Shown: one piece after another, positions 12,600-25,100 of the stretch
Numbering within the stretch: the first letter of the stretch is position 1
Layout: every line of letters begins with the position of its first letter
Assembly: GCA_976551045.1 (NCBI GenBank)
Contig: CDPCPM010000213.1
Coordinates: 9,982,001-10,046,000, forward strand
Reading direction: 5' to 3'
Origin: Glaucostegus cemiculus
Taxonomy: Eukaryota
DNA: 64,000 nt
Program-made: the position numbers and the translations under genes
The notes under the pieces: model-generated
What the model was told of the DNA's origin: nothing
Databases searched by the model: none
The model's input: only the letters and a program-made list of their open reading frames with translations

Positions 12600-13085
12600 T
12601 AGGTCCTACTAGGACCACACCTTGTATACAGTTTTGGGCACCTTACCCAGAAAAGATATCTTGGCCATCAAGGAAATGCAATGAAGATCCACTAGACTGG
12701 TTCCTGGGATGGTGAATTTTCCATATGGGGATAGACTAAATGGACTAGGTTTGTATTCTCCAGAGTTTAGAAGAATGAGAAACAATCTTGTTGATACTGA
12801 CAAAATTCTTACAGGGATCGACAGGCTTGAGGAATTGGGGTCACAGTCTCAGAATAAAGTAATTCAGGAACTAATAGTTATTTCAGACTGTTATGAGGAG
12901 AAATTGCTTCACTCAGAGGATGGTGACTCAATGGAATTGATGGATTTTTGGACATTAAAGGAATTGAGGAATAAGCAGATAGTGCAGGAAAATGATCCTG
13001 AGATAGAAAATCAGCCACAATATTGATGAACCTCAAAGCAGAGTAAAGTGCCGGATGACCTACTCCTTTTCCTAATTATGTTCTT
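12600..13085 (+). mobile_element. CR1-type LINE 3' fragment
   Basis: RPHL.Y..QFWAPY..KDILA; DRLNGLGLYSPEFRRMR.NL. Confidence 0.8.
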
Positions 13086-13988
13086 ATTACTTTCCAAATG
13101 CTCTCCACCACTCTATTTCCTCCTTTTAAGATGCTCCATAAAACATACTGCTTTGACCAGGCCTTTGATTATCTGCACCTGTATTACTTTACTTTCTGTG
13201 GTATAATGCCAGTTTTTTTTGTTTGAAAACCCTCTTTGGTATCTTGGGAAGTTTCATTACATTAGAACTGCTTTATAAATGTTGTTAGGTTGCTAAATTT
13301 CAAGTCAAGCAGTTGCCCCTGATGACACTCTATCTAACCAGTACCAATTTTGCACTGACTTGGGGACAAGTGTGTATGCCACATCCTCCTCCTCTTGCCG
13401 GATGCCTCTCATCCTCTCGCGCAGCTTCAGAAAACCACCCCACTGCACAAAATGACTGGCAGTAGTTCTTGGTTGACTGCTGGTGCTAACATCTCTGCCC
13501 TGTTCCCCTCAGAATGGTGTGAGTGTGGGACTGGGAGTTGGAAATGTATGGTCATTCTTATGCACAAACAACTTGTATTACTGCAGCAGAGCAATAGAAA
13601 TGATTTTGCAAAATGGCATCATCAGCAAGCCAAAATCACTTTTTAAAAAAATGAATGCATTGGCTTAGGATATGAAGTCAGAAAGAACAGCATGTATCAG
13701 ATCGGGAATGAAGCCACTGCCTATTGTAAAATGGGGAACATCATAATTCCAGGGCTCAAACATGCATTCCTTAATTCCCAGCTGAGGCCAGAAATCAGTG
13801 TCACAAACACCAAATAATACATATTTGTGCCTTTTGATTTTATTCCCTAAAACTGCTGTTCAGACAGCAAACAGTTGTAGAATAAAAGCATATTGTTTGA
13901 CCTCTATAGTTACTTGCAGTTTAACTTCAAAAGCAACTGCAGTGTCCTGAATCATGCAGGTGTAATCCTTGAAGGATTTGCAGCTGTA

Positions 13989-16900
13989 TTTATTAAACAA
14001 AATGTTCAGGGCAATTGTTCCTTAATTGTTTGTTAATGAGCCATATAATGGTTAGACGAGAGCATTCCCAATAGCTTGTTTCAACTAATTGCAAATATTT
14101 ATCATTCTCAAAGGAATACTGCTTCACTGGGCTTTCATCAGCATCCATATATTTTGTTAAGCCCATTAAACATGCTTTATTCTCTACTGAGGAACTGTTA
14201 GTATGAAAGTCTTAGTGATTTATATGCTATAAGAATTTTCTCAAATGTTAACTGGCAGAAGCAAATGTGGGAAAAGGGATAGGTATTATTAAAAGTAGTT
14301 GAAAAATAAAATTCCAATAGGAATTTTTTAACTACTTAGAGATACATTGGTCTCACAGTACAATTGCAGCATCAATCATCTTTGATTCTGAATGTGTGCC
14401 TCACTCGTACTACAAGTGCAATATTGATACAAAGTCCAATCAGCCAGTACAGGAGAACTTAATGAACCAGGGTGCAATTTAAAACACTCAGAAAAGAGAA
14501 CTGTGCAGCATATTCCATTTATTTTGTATTAGGTTTAAATGCATTTATGTCAGTAATAAGAAGCATTGTAAAAACATAGCATTTAAAAAGAGAGTGACTT
14601 CATATTTTTCTGATCATGGTCTTAAGTATGCTCTGTGGAAGTTTAAGTCATAATTCACATTAGCAGCAAATCTGTCTGGACCACAGCTTCCCAAAGAAGC
14701 CATTCTTTACAAAATGTACAGTCAAGTTTATGTCTATTTACAGAATACCACTGAATGTTACTTTTGATATATACAATAATATACAAATTCATACTTCAGT
14801 TTATGTACAACTATATACAATTTACACATGTGGATAATAGATCTATTTTAAAGAACTCAACTGTATTTAAAAGAGCTTGTGGAATAATTTAGTCCAGTAT
14901 TGTGAAACATGCAATAATATTGCAATTACATCAAATTACTCAAAGTGGTGCTCTGAATCCATCAAAGTTAGAGCAGTGCCTGCTTCATAGAGCACACAAG
15001 ATATCATTTTGTGTCATAAGTTGGTGGAGAGGTTTCCTTTGCTCAGACAAAACTGCTGTCATCCTTTTATTTTGAATAAAAACCTACCCTCTCCCCATCC
15101 ATCCTTTCTAATCCACCATCTCTAACTTCTCTCTCCTCTTTCATGTTTCCCAAGGATAGCACAGAACCCAAAACTCTGCCCAAATTTTAAGTAAATCTTT
15201 GTTGAAATCCCTTCTTAACAGTTTCTGTCCTTGTCACAGAACATGGATCAGCCTTGTCAAAGTTATGGTAAAAGCCACTACCTCTCTGCTGGCATAACCA
15301 GTGTTAGTCTATTGTCCACGTCAGTTGGATTTTTGCCATAGGGTTCCACTCCTAGCTGCTCTGATGTAGCCAACACATTTCCCATGGCTTTCATGTCATC
15401 TACTGTTTTCAGACCTTTTTGCTTCAATTCTTCCCCTCAATATCACCATCTGGTTCAGCTTCCATGCATAGGTTGACGTCCTTCTACTACCCCAAAGCCA
15501 TTGATTCTTAGTTGAACATTACAAAGGTATAAAGGGAAGATGAATGAGAACAGAGAGAAAATTAAATAAAAACTATGCTGAAACTGGTAGATACAAAATA
15601 CTGCAGTTGCTAGAAATCTGAAATAAAATAACAATGTCAGAAATACCCAGCAAGTCAGGCAGCTTCTATGGAGAGAGAAAAAATTAACTGAAAACCATTG
15701 AATGACCATTCATCATAACTGACCAATTCTGATAATACTTAGCTGGAGGATGTGATGCTATTCTTCAAATTTGCAATGAGCTTTATTGGTTACCCAAGAT
15801 AGAGTGGTCAGTGTGGGACAGGGATGGGGAGTTAGTGACAGGCACCTGAAAGCCCAGGATCACCCTTCACAGATATGTCTTCAAAGTGATCACCTGATCT
15901 GCATTTGGCTCCCCTGATGTGGAGGAGACCATTATCATGAACGCCAAATACAATTAATTTTAGGACACACGAGTGAATGAGTTCTTCACCTGGAAGTAAT
16001 GCTTGGGTCCCTGGTTGACATTGGAGGGAAATTTTCCCCTTCCCTGAAACTTAAAACATATTTGATTTCTATTTTTCCCCAATTCTAATGAATGGTTATC
16101 AACCTGAAATACTGACTTTGATAATTCTAATATTCCCTTTGGATTTCTTTTGTCCACTCTCATCAGATTATATTATGATGCTTTACAGATCCATCTTTGC
16201 GGACCTCCATACTGGCTTTGCTGGTGGACAAAATAAAATCTCCAACCTGTCAGCCTCAACGTCGATTTCTCTAACTTCTGGTAACCCCTTCCCCTCCCCC
16301 CCGCTGTGTTTTCCCTCATTCCTGTGGCCTACTTGCCCCTTCCCTTTCCTCTGCCTTCATGACTTGCCCATCTATTCCCCACCTCCTTCCCCTTTTTCCA
16401 TGGTCTACTGCCCCCTCCTACCGGATCCCTCCTCCTTCAGCTCTTTGCTTCCTCTACCTATCATTTCTCAGCTTCTTACATCACTCGCTTTTATCCCCCC
16501 ACCCCCCTATCTCCGCCCTCTCACCTGGACTCACCTATCACCTGCCTGTGTGTGCTCCTCCCCTCCCCTGACCACCTTATTCTGGCTTCTGCCCTCTTCC
16601 TTTCCAGTCCTGATGAAGGGTCTCCACCCAAAATGTTGAATGTTTATTTCCCTCCATAGATGCTGCCTGAGTTCCTCCTGCATTTTGTGTGTACTGCTCC
16701 AGATTCCATCATCTGCAGAATCTCTTGTCTCTATAGTACAGGTAAATCCATCCTGGTCTCCAAAACCCAAGGAGAATCATTTGTTTTTTCCAACTCTGTA
16801 AATAATTCTTTCTGTTGCTCCTCTAGCTCCACCCACCTATGCAATCACAGAAATTATGGGCCCTTCTGTCTGAAAGTCTTCGCAGCATCTCCTTAAACTA

Positions 16901-19900
16901 TCTCAAGATTCAACATTCTGCTAAGGCCTTCAACCATTTCTCCTAACCTCTTGTTCCTGTTTCAGTGAAGTGCCTTGGGATGTTTTCTATGTTAAATATG
17001 CCACAAAATGCAGAATGTTGCGTATAAATTACTTTAAATAGGTTGAGTTCTCTTCTAAATAAAAGCTGATCATATACAGTAAATCAATCTAAACCTGGAT
17101 ATTGTTAGATTATTTTGAATAACTATATTGCCCAAATGCCTTGCCAAAAGATTTCTGACTAAAACAGTGAAGGAACAGCTGTCAACATTGAAATTGCCAT
17201 AATAGAATGAATACAGAAATACTGTAGGAATTTTACTGGATTTTATAAAACAGGTAACACTCATTCAAAAGATGGTACATTAGCATTTAACAAAATGCAC
17301 GAAACAAACAAGACATAAACCTCTACAGTAACGTTAATCCTAATGATGTTAAGCATGGTTTCTCTTCTATAGACAAATACAGAATGAAAATGAACAAAAT
17401 TCAGGAGTGCCCCTTCTGAATCTGTTGCACCTTATTTTAATCATAAGGATCAAATTTTTCTCAATCCTGCAGAACGTGCAAGGTCTCATTTTGCCACTAC
17501 CTCACAGTTCTTTTTGAATACAGCAAGTTGAGAGTGATCAAATTCATACAATGTGGCAAAAGGGGCTATAGCAAGTTCCAAGCTGTACAGGCTTGAAAAC
17601 AGATGGAATGGAAACTTATTCTGTGGAAGCTAAGTGATATCCAAAAAATGGATGATTGACCACTTGTAGGTTTTAAAAAATTTTAACTCTCACATGAACT
17701 CAACTTACTGTATGATTCACCGGAACTCAGAATGGAGCTTGGAATTTCTCTCTAATAATGAAAAACTGAAGGATATTATCCAGTTGAGATGAATATGAAG
17801 ATGCTACAATTCAAGGAAGAGCATTGTTAATGGGCCACCGTGATCCTTACAACTGCTGACCTAAATTGGTCAAATTTACATTAGCAGCATACTCCTGTGT
17901 AACTTCTAAGGGAGTGTTTATCTTTTCTTCCTCTAAGAGTAAGTCACAGAAATAAACACAATGTAAACCTGGATGGAACCATATAGGTGGGACATGAAGA
18001 ATATGTTCCCAATGTATTGAAACTGAGTGACCTACTGGGACCAGAGGTGTAACTGACATGCACTATCTGAACAGACTATGTAGAAGGGAGGAAAGTCATG
18101 TCCTCCATCAGTATCCTTAAAGTAGCCACCTTGCAGAGACGGCACCTTATTGTGTCCATTGTATTGTTGGTGGAGGTTTTGCAGGTTTTCAAGGCAATGA
18201 GTGAATTGTCCAAGTGTTATGTTTGGGAAGTAATACAGGAACTTGAACCTTTAGAATCAAGTGTAACATGATTGCAATTATCTACACGAGTAATGAGTGC
18301 TCTGTGTGTGTGTGGACTTTATCTGGTTAAGGAAATCGAAAAGAGCACAGCAGACTCTGCATGCTGTGTTTATATCACTGCATAAATCTGCTTAGCTTAA
18401 TTACAGCACCATGTGTATTATAACATGGAAATTTAGAGTAAACCCTTAAAATCTGTACCCAGTCTTATCATTAACATTCTGTTGTCGCAGATACATTCAT
18501 TTTTATTAATAATTTTGAGGGAATTTTTATTTCTATTTCCAGCATTAACGGTATATGTTATCACTCATTTTATGCGGCTTGAATGCATTATCAGAGTTCC
18601 AGTTACAAAACTGCACAGCAGATTAACTAAAAGTCTAATACTCGGACCAAATAAAATCAGCATGTTCCGTTATGATATGACATTGGAAGAATGACATTCA
18701 GACACTTTTTCCTGTGATAACAATAGAAAAACTTGGCATGCTATATCAACTATCTGTTTCAAAAACTTCACCTAAAAAGTGTAATATAGCATAATATAAA
18801 GTGAATATATTTTCATTTGTTTTGTCTGATTGTCAACTGAGAGTTGTCAAACCTCATTGGTTACAGCTGGGGCAATATCTCCTTTAAAAATCAAACTAAT
18901 TTTTATCTCCCATGTTTAAGCTTCTGAGGTTTCAAATATGGTGTCACAATGGGCAGACAGATCAAAGACCTTCTGTGGTTTCCACCTGCAGCACTTCCCA
19001 CAGTAATTAGGGTGTGCGAGATGGAAAGTCTTTTGTCTTTTGAGGGGAAAACTTTCCATGAAAATTCTGACACTGCCTACTAAACAGGATTTGAAGCAAA
19101 TGAACCACTTACTGGTGCTTTCTGCAATTCCTGAGAGAGGCAATAGGAAAATAACTTTTATTATGCTACCTAAAGCGTAGAATTCATGTTAATTTTTGAG
19201 GATAAATATTGATTAACAACCCAAGCAAGCATCAGATTACTGTAATTTTTAAGCCTTGGAACATCGTATAGAACATGGAGGTTCCACTGAAGATTAAAAC
19301 TATCACTGCAATAATGTTGTAAGTTTTAATAACATAATCAGCTAAAATTGTAAAAGATGTGATAAAAGTTCATGCCTTTAATTTATTGGCCTTCTGTATT
19401 TAGTTCCATTGTATTACAATGTAAAGATGTTTATTGACATTTTAAAGTTCTGTGCAGGTCGTCAATATTTTTAATCCTTACCGGACTTCAATTGATGACT
19501 GCTCCTAACAAGGTTTGTGATGATTTTTTTTTTGAAGGCCTTGTTTTGGGATCTCTCTGAAGAAATTTATGTGAAGTGACAGATAAAATGGAAGTAGCAT
19601 ATTTAGTGATAGTGTTCCCAACAGCCAGAGTTGAGATGACCAGGTAACTATCCTGTCAGACAGTTCTATCATAAAGATTGATTTATGCAAATAACTCTCA
19701 ATAGGAGAAGTTACTGTGGCTTATATTGTAATTTCTGTTTCATCTATTGTTTCAAACACTGTTTTCTGAGTAAATGGACACTGTTTACTGCGAGCCTGTT
19801 CACATGCCAACACAACTCTAACTCAGTGGATGGGACATTGTAGTCAAAAGACTTCCTGAAAGGGAAATCATTATTTATATAATAATTATTTTACTACAGT

Positions 19901-22101
19901 ATGAACTCCTTTATCACTTAGTTCATTTCTTTCAGAAGGAAAGATATGATGGAGGAAGTACCGGTCAGTCCATCTTTTCCAGGTTATTTTTGTTTTTGAG
20001 TGTCAAGATTTTTGAGTTATTATCTCCCTTCATTTTTCTTGTTAGCTTAGCCATAGATCATATGCTATCTATGTTTCCCCATCATGAAAGTCACTAGTAT
20101 TGTTAGTACTCTAAATAGCAGTAACTTTGGATTGTTAAAAATGCTCTCAGTTCTGGTAGCTGAGCCTGGTGTGGAAAAACACCAAAAGGTGAGGCAATTG
20201 CCTCATGCCATATTGTGTGGAGGTGAGACAAGGAATGTAAACTGGACAAGATGTCCACTACTGTATTGAAGGGTGACATTTTTTTTTAACCAAGTTCAGG
20301 GCCCACTGTGTCCCTTTGCAGCAAAGTAGCCTGGATGGAACATGTAGAATGTACAGTGGAGAAAGGCAAACATTGTAACATGTTAGCTCTCCAACCACGT
20401 TTCATGTACAGGAGGACATACCATTGTTGCCTGAAGTAGCAACAGACATGGCAGGCGAGGAGACCAACAAGTGAGCTGTCCAAGGATGTATTCTATGAGG
20501 CCAGGATTCATCCGGGATATGATAATGAAGTTCTTCCTGTAATTATTGAAAGAATGGATATTTCTTTTTCATTTTAATGAATTCAATTTTTTTTTGCTAA
20601 GTTTGCTGTTGATGATGATTGAAGTGTTGTGTGATTTGGAACCAAAATAAAATACTCCCGATCAGGAACGATTTGTTGTCCATATTCAGCTTATAATAAT
20701 GACACTTGATAATACTAGACTCTAAATAGTCACAAGCAGTTTTCATCTTCTAGTCATTATCTACTTTTGGAAATAAGCACTACAAATTATATCCTGTGCC
20801 CTTTGGTATATTCTCACTTTCTTTACATTTCATGTTTATAAGCCCCTATTTAAATTTTACTTCCTTAAAACCAAATGTGAAGAATGTAAATTCTATGCTG
20901 TTTCTAATATGTGAAGTGCAGGATAGCAGTTACAAATGCATAACTTCCTTGGTTTAGGCTAAACATTTCCAGAAAAGTATTTGTATTGAATACAGTTAGC
21001 ATGATTCTTTTCATGATTTTTAAAAGATTCCATTGCCAACCTAATATTTCTGAAGTAGAGGAGGTGAGGCATATCCTACTCTCAAACTACAGGAAGGTCC
21101 ATCCAGACAGGACTCTCCTCAGATATATAATGTATTAGGTGTTATAAAATCTGGAACACTTCTGCACACAGTAAGCAACCGTGGAAACTAACTGGTATAG
21201 GGTTAAACCTGCATCATTACTAACACATGAAGGCTTATTATATCAAAATACCACTTGCATTTTATTATTAAATTCTCTTTTACATTTTGGTCAACTGAAA
21301 AAAATAGGATCTAGTATGGTCTTTCGTCACATGCTGCAAATTGGTACCCAAATATGTTTAAGTAAACCATTTTGATCTATGCCTTGTGAAGTTCCATTAA
21401 AAGTCATGCTTCCAGTGGACCTCTCTTGGGTAATTAAGGATCTATCCTTCACTCAGGCTAATAATGCCCTTTTGAGTTCTTCAGCCCGATAGCATTCAAA
21501 GCAGGACAAACCACTAAGTAGAGAATGTAAGCATAATAGGGACTTGAAGGTCAGGACACAGTGGGTTAAATATTAGATTTGGTCACTTGACCCATGGAAA
21601 CATAGCTTAGCTCATGGCTATACCATTTTAGTGGTCTGGTTGATGTGCACTTGGGTTCTTTTTAAATAATGGTTATTTGTGTGCACCAGCCATGGTCACA
21701 AGAATTTTGTTGCAAGACCCAGAGTGCTTATTAAACCCAAAACTGGCATACTTTGCAGTAGGATCATACATTTTCAAAATGGCAATCAACCTCGTTCAAC
21801 GATTGACCTTTTGCTATTTTACTCCCAGGGGTTGTGGCATATGCTCAAGTTGTAAACAGGATAAGAATGCAACCAAAACCTAAAAAGTGGACACTGGATT
21901 TTGCTATGTTTCAGAAGTTTCTCTTCAGCTTTTCTTTGAAGTAAATTCAACTTTCTTTTATTTCAGAATCGCTGGATTCTCCCGTTATTACCTAGGTATA
22001 TTCAACAGCAACACTAGAAAGTAAAGGTTCGTCACCTTGAGCATCGGAAGACAATGGCTTTACTGGAGCACAGAGTGTACATTCTAGAGATGAAATATAG
22101 T
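13989..22101 (-). other. ADAM11: Probable long ADAM11 3' UTR (distal end uncertain)
   Basis: Follows the stop codon; AT-rich and largely repeat-poor (17000-22100 and 14000-15400); minus-strand AATAAA at about 14518 and 13989 with TGTA-rich flanks. Extent is inference. Confidence 0.35.
15580..16735. mobile_element. Two oppositely oriented Penelope-like element fragments
   Basis: Minus strand about 15720-16020 reads GPKHYFQVKNSFT plus a decayed GIY-YIG region. Plus strand about 16230-16735 has the ORF end, a C-rich tract and the CTGATGAAGGG...gatgctgcctga...ctccagattcca tail. Confidence 0.7.
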
Positions 22102-22117
22102 TTATGCTCCTCCAGAT
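22102..22117 (-). CDS. ADAM11: ADAM11 terminal coding exon (R-SGGA*)
   Basis: ttcttgcag|A TCT GGA GGA GCA TAA; completes the ADAM11 tail KNIRRGRSGGA*. Confidence 0.9.
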
Positions 22118-25100
22118 CTGCAAGAAAGAAGTCAATATTGCACAGATAGGTAACTCGTAGTATAGCTACAAAGGAAACAAGGAAAGCATAGAAATATGGA
22201 AGCAAAAGAATTATCCCAGTGAAGCAATGAGTGGTTGTAGCGATGAAATGAAATGATGCAGAATGGTGGTGGGAAAATTCAAATGAGGCTGGAGTTCAAA
22301 CATGGAAATCCATTTCAAAAGAACAATGAAATGAGTTACAAATAAAATGACAGGCAAAACTATGGTACACTGATAAACTTTAAGGACTACTGGTTAGTAT
22401 TTAAGACTACAAATGCTGGAAAGAACACAATTGTCTGAATCATCCCAGGCTGGCAACAAAAGGCTTCCTTGCTGGTACATAATGGTTGACTTCTCGCAGA
22501 GAACTAAGTATATGGTGGTCAGTGGGGAGTGAAAGCAATTTTTCTTTTGTAATACTGTAGAGTGATTTTTGTTTTGAGTGGTTTCTGAATGTTCAAAGAA
22601 AGGTTCAAAGAACTCTCCTGCACATAATTATAAATAACAAAAACCCATAAAGGCTCTGTTGTGGATTTTCTGTAACGTTTGGGAGATTCTGAGTTCAGAA
22701 GGAGAAAATGCATCAACCAGTTAGTTTAAAAAACACACAGGTGTTCTTTGAACTGGAAGATCATCCCTGTGATTTCATAAGCCTCAGCACCTCAGCCTAC
22801 AAATTAATTGTAAAATATAATTCACATTCATACTCAAGTAAAGCCAAAACCTGGATTGTTACAGACTTGCCGGCAATCATTATCTCAAATGCAAGTTAAA
22901 TCATGAGATGCATACTAATTTACTAACTTTTTTATGTAAGACAATTTAGTTTCAACCCAATGCCCTTGCCTTCCTAAACGATAAGGCAACCCACTTAAGA
23001 TGTTTTAAACTTATATTTTGTCCCATACCTTTTTGTTACGTGATTCAGTTCACTTCTTCCCTTTTGAATATCAGAAAATTCCATTGAGTTTTGTAAAGAT
23101 TTAATCCCGAAACAATGAAAAGTATTCCTTACAAAATACAAATTGATGACATGTTAATTGTAGATATTGTCCATTGATTAACCAAAGTGACCAATCACAA
23201 TGTACTTATGAATTTATGAGTAAAATGAAAGGGAATGCAGTAGCAAGAATGTCAAGCGGGTGATTAAATTGCTCCTTGTTGTGCAATATCATACCTTCCT
23301 CTGCGAATGTTCCTTTCCGGGGTGAGATTAATGAAATAAAAAGAAATTTAGTTTGCAAGTTATCAAAAATAAGATCACAGAACATGCAATAATTAAACAG
23401 GACCTGATTAACATCACACAACCAAATGTGAACACACTTAAGTTGCCAGTTCTTGAGGCAGCATACTGGAAGGTGAATATTTTTATAAGGTATTCCTTGT
23501 TCATTTCAGGAACCTTGACGCATTGTTTCTTGAAAGGTCCCGTTACTATGAGTGAAGGAACAATTATTCCAAAACTTCTATCTGATCCCCATTGGAATGT
23601 TGGTGACTTGGATAATTTAGGAAATTACTTTTCTATAGGCAGATTTTTTTTCCCATTTATGGTTCTCAAGAAAAATAGTCCTTATTCTTCTTATTTAAAA
23701 TAAAATCCTGGCTAAGCCACAAACGCAACTTTGCTCATTCAGATAGAGACAGAATCTAGGCAGTACTGAATGAGTGGTGTAGAAATAATCTTTAACTCCA
23801 CTTCTAAAACATGGAACCATTTAAAGCAAAATAACAAGTGAATCTGGATAAGGTCTAAAATTCCAATTTATGTATTTAGATTTAATGGAACACATGCAGG
23901 AATGTGTAAACTGCTAGAATTCTTTATAATCTGGGATAGCGAAGAGATAGTTGTTTACATTTTGCTTGTATGAAAATCAGGGCCAATAGAGCAAATTCAT
24001 GCAAAGTGTAACAGTAGCACATCATGCACTTTTTATACTACTTTGATCAAGGATTTATCCTACAGCAAGTATTGCACTGTTTTATAGTGGAATTTTTAAA
24101 TATTTTCTAGGAACTTGTTCTCAGAACCAAAGCTATTAAATTAGCATTTGAAAAGCTGCTTCCCAAAAGGAATTGCTGGAGAAGTGAACCACAACTAGAA
24201 ACCAATGCAAGAATAATTAGAAAGGATTCGTGAATCGCAGGTTACAAACAAAAAAAACACACATACCGAGGGTTTCACCTCCCCTGAGTCTGTGGGGCAA
24301 AGACTGCTTTGAAAGTATTTAATTTCTATATCATTCTATTTTTTTGAAAAATTATTTGTTTGCCTCCAACAATAAGGTGTATTTTCTTGGTCAGGAATTA
24401 TCCTCTTAGTTGTCAGAACCAATTACACACTTGCCACAAAACAGAATTGTGCAAGTCATATTAATCCATTGGAATAAATTGCAGTGAAAGAACAAGGAGC
24501 TGCCAGAATTGGAGATCAGGGCTTCCACTGCATATCAGTGGATGTGGGCTGGGGGGAGGTGTATTGGTACAGTGTGATCAGAAGTGTAAGAGGTACTTAA
24601 GGGATTTACCAAACTAGGGCCTCAATATGGTCTGTGCTGCTAGGATCTAGCTGTCCCGTGAGTGCATGAGTACTCCAGGGACAATGTTGACAAATTTCCC
24701 CAGCTGCATTGCTCAGGAATGATGTCCTTTGGTGCACATCCAACATGGAAAATCATATTGCAAGTCCAAGTATGATGCATTTCTGGCAAGTTTCTGGTCA
24801 AAATTCCTAGTAACATTAAAAAAAAACACTGGGAAATATCATTACTGCATTTCACAGTATGTGGATTTTCAATTGTACAGTGCTGGGTATTCTAATTTCC
24901 AGGCTACTTACTTCCAGGAAAACACCAAACTTGGGCAGTTTATGGACTACAGGAATCCAATTTCAAATCAGAACAATAAAGTAAGTAGAGCAAGGAATGC
25001 TCAACATTTCCAAAATCAAACTGATGTAAAATATCTAATTGTCAAACAACTCAAGTTGACTAAAGGAGGGAGAAAGAATGAAGCTTTCTTATTGCACCGG

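Noticed and set aside
13320-13460. CpG-containing stretch reading WGGFLKLRERMRGIRQEEED (superficially opioid-like GGFL)
   Set aside because: It lacks the Tyr and a preceding dibasic site, has an upstream in-frame stop, and shows no signal peptide or convincing exon structure.
16088-16639. 183-aa Pro/Leu-rich ORF
   Set aside because: It is an artefact of the C/T-rich tract of a Penelope-like repeat.
24267-24289. cag|ACTCAGGGGAGGTGAAACCCTCG|gtatgt possible micro-exon in the ADAM11 TM-tail intron
   Set aside because: 23 nt would shift the frame, and the product has no recognisable homology.
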